Made by a program: the position numbers and the translations under genes. Under the pieces are notes generated by a model. It saw nothing but the letters and a program-made list of their open reading frames with translations, was not told the origin of the DNA and did no database searches. This document shows, in pieces, positions 42,602 through 44,597 of a DNA stretch of 44,597 nucleotides. This DNA is from Nocardioidaceae bacterium (GTDB lineage Bacteria; Actinomycetota; Actinomycetes; Propionibacteriales; Nocardioidaceae). Each line of letters begins with the position of its first letter. Within the stretch, counting starts at the first letter, position 1. Location: positions 1 through 44,597 of the forward strand of contig JACCXO010000049.1 in assembly GCA_013696975.1 (NCBI GenBank), given 5' to 3'.

Positions 42602-43780
42602 GTGACGGAGACGAGCTCGACCCGCCCGCTCAACACCTCTGCCTCTCCCCCGGCCTCGGCCGTTGCGGCTACCGCAGTGGCGACCGTGTCGACCCCCACG
42701 AGCGAGCCGATCAGCGCCGAGTTTCGAGACCGGATTGTTGTCACCCTCACGACCTTCATCGACCAGCGGCAAGCCGCACTTGCCGCACTGGGCGACGACC
42801 TCGATCCCCTTTTCGCCACGGCTCGGCACTATGTGAGTGGCGGAAAACGACTGCGCCCCGCCTTCGCCTACTGGGGTTGGCGGGCCGCGGGTGGCAAGCC
42901 GGACAAGGCCGACGCCATCATCTCCGCAGCAGCAGCCATCGAACTGGTCCATTCCAGCGCGCTCGCGCACGACGACGTGATGGACGACTCCGCCACCAGA
43001 CGGGGGCAGGCGGCTGCTCATCGCAAGTTTGCCGACCAACGGGCCGAGCAGCTCGGCGTCGAGCCTACCGACCCGGCGATGCGCCGCTTCGGGCGTAGTG
43101 CCGCGATCCTGCTCGGCGACATGCTCTTGTCGTGGTCCGACGAGCTGTTGGCGGCCAGCGGATTCAAACCCAAGGCGGTCGCTCGCGGGCGCGTGTACTT
43201 CGACAAGCTGCGCACCGAGGTCGTCGCCGGCCAGTTCCTGGATGTGTTGGCTCAGACCAGCTCGACCAGTAGCTCGTCCGAGGCGATGCGCATCGTCCGA
43301 TACAAGTCGGCCAAGTACACAGTGGAGCGCCCGTTGCAGTTCGGTGCTGTGCTCGCGAAGGCGGATCGGCCACTGCTGAGAGCCCTGTCGTCATACGGCG
43401 TCCCACTGGGCGAGGCGTTTCAGCTCCGAGACGACCTGCTCGGGGTTCTCGGCGAGTCAAGCCAGACCGGAAAGCCGAGCGGCGACGACATCCGTGAAGG
43501 CAAGAGGACACTCCTCGTCGCGCGTGCCTTCCAGCTCGCGACACCCGAGCAGCGCGCAGTCTTGCGTGCCAACTTCTCCAAATCTGACATCGACTCCGAG
43601 GGAATCTCGGCCGTGCAGGAGGTCATGCGAGCCACGGGCGCGGTGAGGGCAGTCGAGACGGTGATCACCGAGCTCACCGCCGCCTCACTCTCGGCGCTCG
43701 CTCAAGCGCCGATCCGCGACGAGACAGCCAGAGATGCGTTGCGGGTCTTGAGTGACCGCGTCACCAACCGCACAGTCTGA
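42602..43780 (+). CDS. Polyprenyl (geranylgeranyl or longer) diphosphate synthase
   Basis: First Asp-rich motif LAHDDVMDD and second Asp-rich motif FQLRDDLLGV. Small residues precede the first motif. The position next to the Rv2175c/pknL-like pair mirrors idsA2 (Rv2173). GTG start. Confidence 0.9.
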   Translation: MTETSSTRPLNTSASPPASAVAATAVATVSTPTSEPISAEFRDRIVVTLTTFIDQRQAALAALGDDLDPLFATARHYVSGGKRLRPAFAYWGWRAAGGKPDKADAIISAAAAIELVHSSALAHDDVMDDSATRRGQAAAHRKFADQRAEQLGVEPTDPAMRRFGRSAAILLGDMLLSWSDELLAASGFKPKAVARGRVYFDKLRTEVVAGQFLDVLAQTSSTSSSSEAMRIVRYKSAKYTVERPLQFGAVLAKADRPLLRALSSYGVPLGEAFQLRDDLLGVLGESSQTGKPSGDDIREGKRTLLVARAFQLATPEQRAVLRANFSKSDIDSEGISAVQEVMRATGAVRAVETVITELTAASLSALAQAPIRDETARDALRVLSDRVTNRTV

Positions 43781-43789
43781 ATGAGTCGG

Positions 43790-44182
43790 TCAAAGCAGAG
43801 CCTGAGCCCGCCTTCGCACCTCGGTGCCACGGTTCCCTCGAAGCGCATCGATGGGCCGCCCTGGCAACGAGTCTTCTGGTGTGAACAGCCACTCGATCGC
43901 CTCCACGTCACTGAAGCCGCGGTCGGCGAGCAGGATCAAGGTCCCGCTCAAGCCCTTGACGATGGTGCCCTCCTGCACACAGTCGGCGGGGATTCCCGGC
44001 TCTCGCAGTGATTGGCGCCGCACGGCCACGAGCTGGTGCTCCCTCGTCAGCTGTCTAACCTTGTTGGAACTGATCCCGAGCAGCTCTGCGACTCGACCCA
44101 TCGTCAGCCAAGAGTCGACGAGGTCGTCAAGTGCGTCGGACGTGGGAGCCGGAGCCGCCTGGCTCGGCTGGATGTCGGTCAT
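43790..44182 (-). CDS. Rv2175c-like winged-HTH DNA-binding protein
   Basis: LTMGRVAELLGISSNKVRQLTREHQLVAVRR...LLADRGFSDVEAIEWLFTPEDSL...EVRRRAQALL aligns by eye with my recollection of Rv2175c (DLPRVAELLGVPVSKV..LREGHLVAVRR...RWLFTPDPSL...VVRRAQAMAY). I chose the ATG at 44182; 130 aa. Confidence 0.8.
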   Translation of the reverse strand: MTDIQPSQAAPAPTSDALDDLVDSWLTMGRVAELLGISSNKVRQLTREHQLVAVRRQSLREPGIPADCVQEGTIVKGLSGTLILLADRGFSDVEAIEWLFTPEDSLPGRPIDALRGNRGTEVRRRAQALL

Positions 44183-44304
44183 CCGGTCAGCCTGCCATGC
44201 CGCCGTCCGGCACTCGCGATGAGCCACTGGTTGCGATGGACGCTCGACCCGCGCAGCGGCGAGGCTTGCTCTTCTGAGCCTCAGACCGAACGTAGACTCG
44301 CCAG

Positions 44305-44597
44305 GTGGACAAGCGTGCCACTTCCGATTCGCTCGTGGGGCGCGTGCTCGACGGGCGTTATCTCGTAGGCGAAAGAATCGCCCGGGGCGGCATGGCCACC
44401 GTCTACGAGGCCACCGACCTGCGCCTCGACAGAGTGGTGGCTCTGAAAGTCCTCCCGAATGCGCTGGCAGAAGACGAGGAGTTCCATCAACGCTTCGCCC
44501 GTGAGGCGCGTTCCGCTGCCAGGCTCACCCATCCCAACGTCGTGGCGGTCTACGACCAAAGCGACGACGACGGCGTGCTGTTCTTGGTGATGGAGTA
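44305..44597 (+). CDS. pknL: Hanks-type Ser/Thr protein kinase, 5' fragment running off the window (PknL-like by synteny)
   Basis: This ORF is not in the supplied track. My manual translation from the GTG at 44305 is VDKRATSDSLVGRVLDGRYLVGERIARGGMATVYEATDLRLDRVVALKVLPNALAEDEEFHQRFAREARSAARLTHPNVVAVYDQSDDDGVLFLVME. That covers the Gly-rich loop, the VALK lysine and subdomains III-V. It is divergent from the Rv2175c-like gene. Confidence 0.9.
   Translation, partial: MDKRATSDSLVGRVLDGRYLVGERIARGGMATVYEATDLRLDRVVALKVLPNALAEDEEFHQRFAREARSAARLTHPNVVAVYDQSDDDGVLFLVME

Noticed and set aside
1-44597. Search for rRNA/tRNA genes, IS elements, prophage or integrase genes, and CRISPR arrays.
   Set aside because: I recognised no cloverleaf-like or rRNA-like sequence, and no transposase, integrase or Cas-like ORFs. 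The window looks like core chromosome rather than an island. A tRNAscan/Infernal run would be needed to be certain about small RNAs.

Overview
High-GC actinobacterial chromosome segment. It is dominated by the complete division/cell-wall (dcw) cluster on the minus strand: mraZ-rsmH-ftsL-ftsI-murE-murF-mraY-murD-ftsW-murG-murC-ftsQ-ftsZ-pgeF-yggS-sepF-yggT-divIVA. This is followed by ileS (plus strand, with a T-box leader) and a dksA-like/lspA/rluD block. Gene order parallels M. tuberculosis Rv2145c-Rv2176 and Streptomyces SCO2073-2092. Right of mraZ lie a divergent MoxR/DUF58/transglutaminase operon, a DUF3040 gene and an L,D-transpeptidase. Next comes the most unusual part of the window: a minus-strand DNA-damage operon (101-aa ImuB-C-terminal-like miniprotein, divergent DnaE2-like polymerase, SAM methyltransferase, catalytically intact DinB). 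It is preceded by a perfect LexA box sitting directly downstream of a RecA-NDp/PafBC-type promoter. The DnaE2 gene carries five in-frame copies of a low-GC 18-bp tandem repeat. The right end holds poorly characterised genes (membrane-anchored protein, DUF4126, orphan ATP-grasp, CrtI-like oxidoreductase), a polyprenyl synthase, and the Rv2175c-like regulator divergent from a truncated pknL-like kinase. I saw no rRNA/tRNA genes, CRISPR arrays, transposases or integrases. Many long ORFs in the track are antisense or N-terminal-extension artefacts of high GC content; I trimmed several starts using stop/start overlaps and RBS positions read from the sequence.
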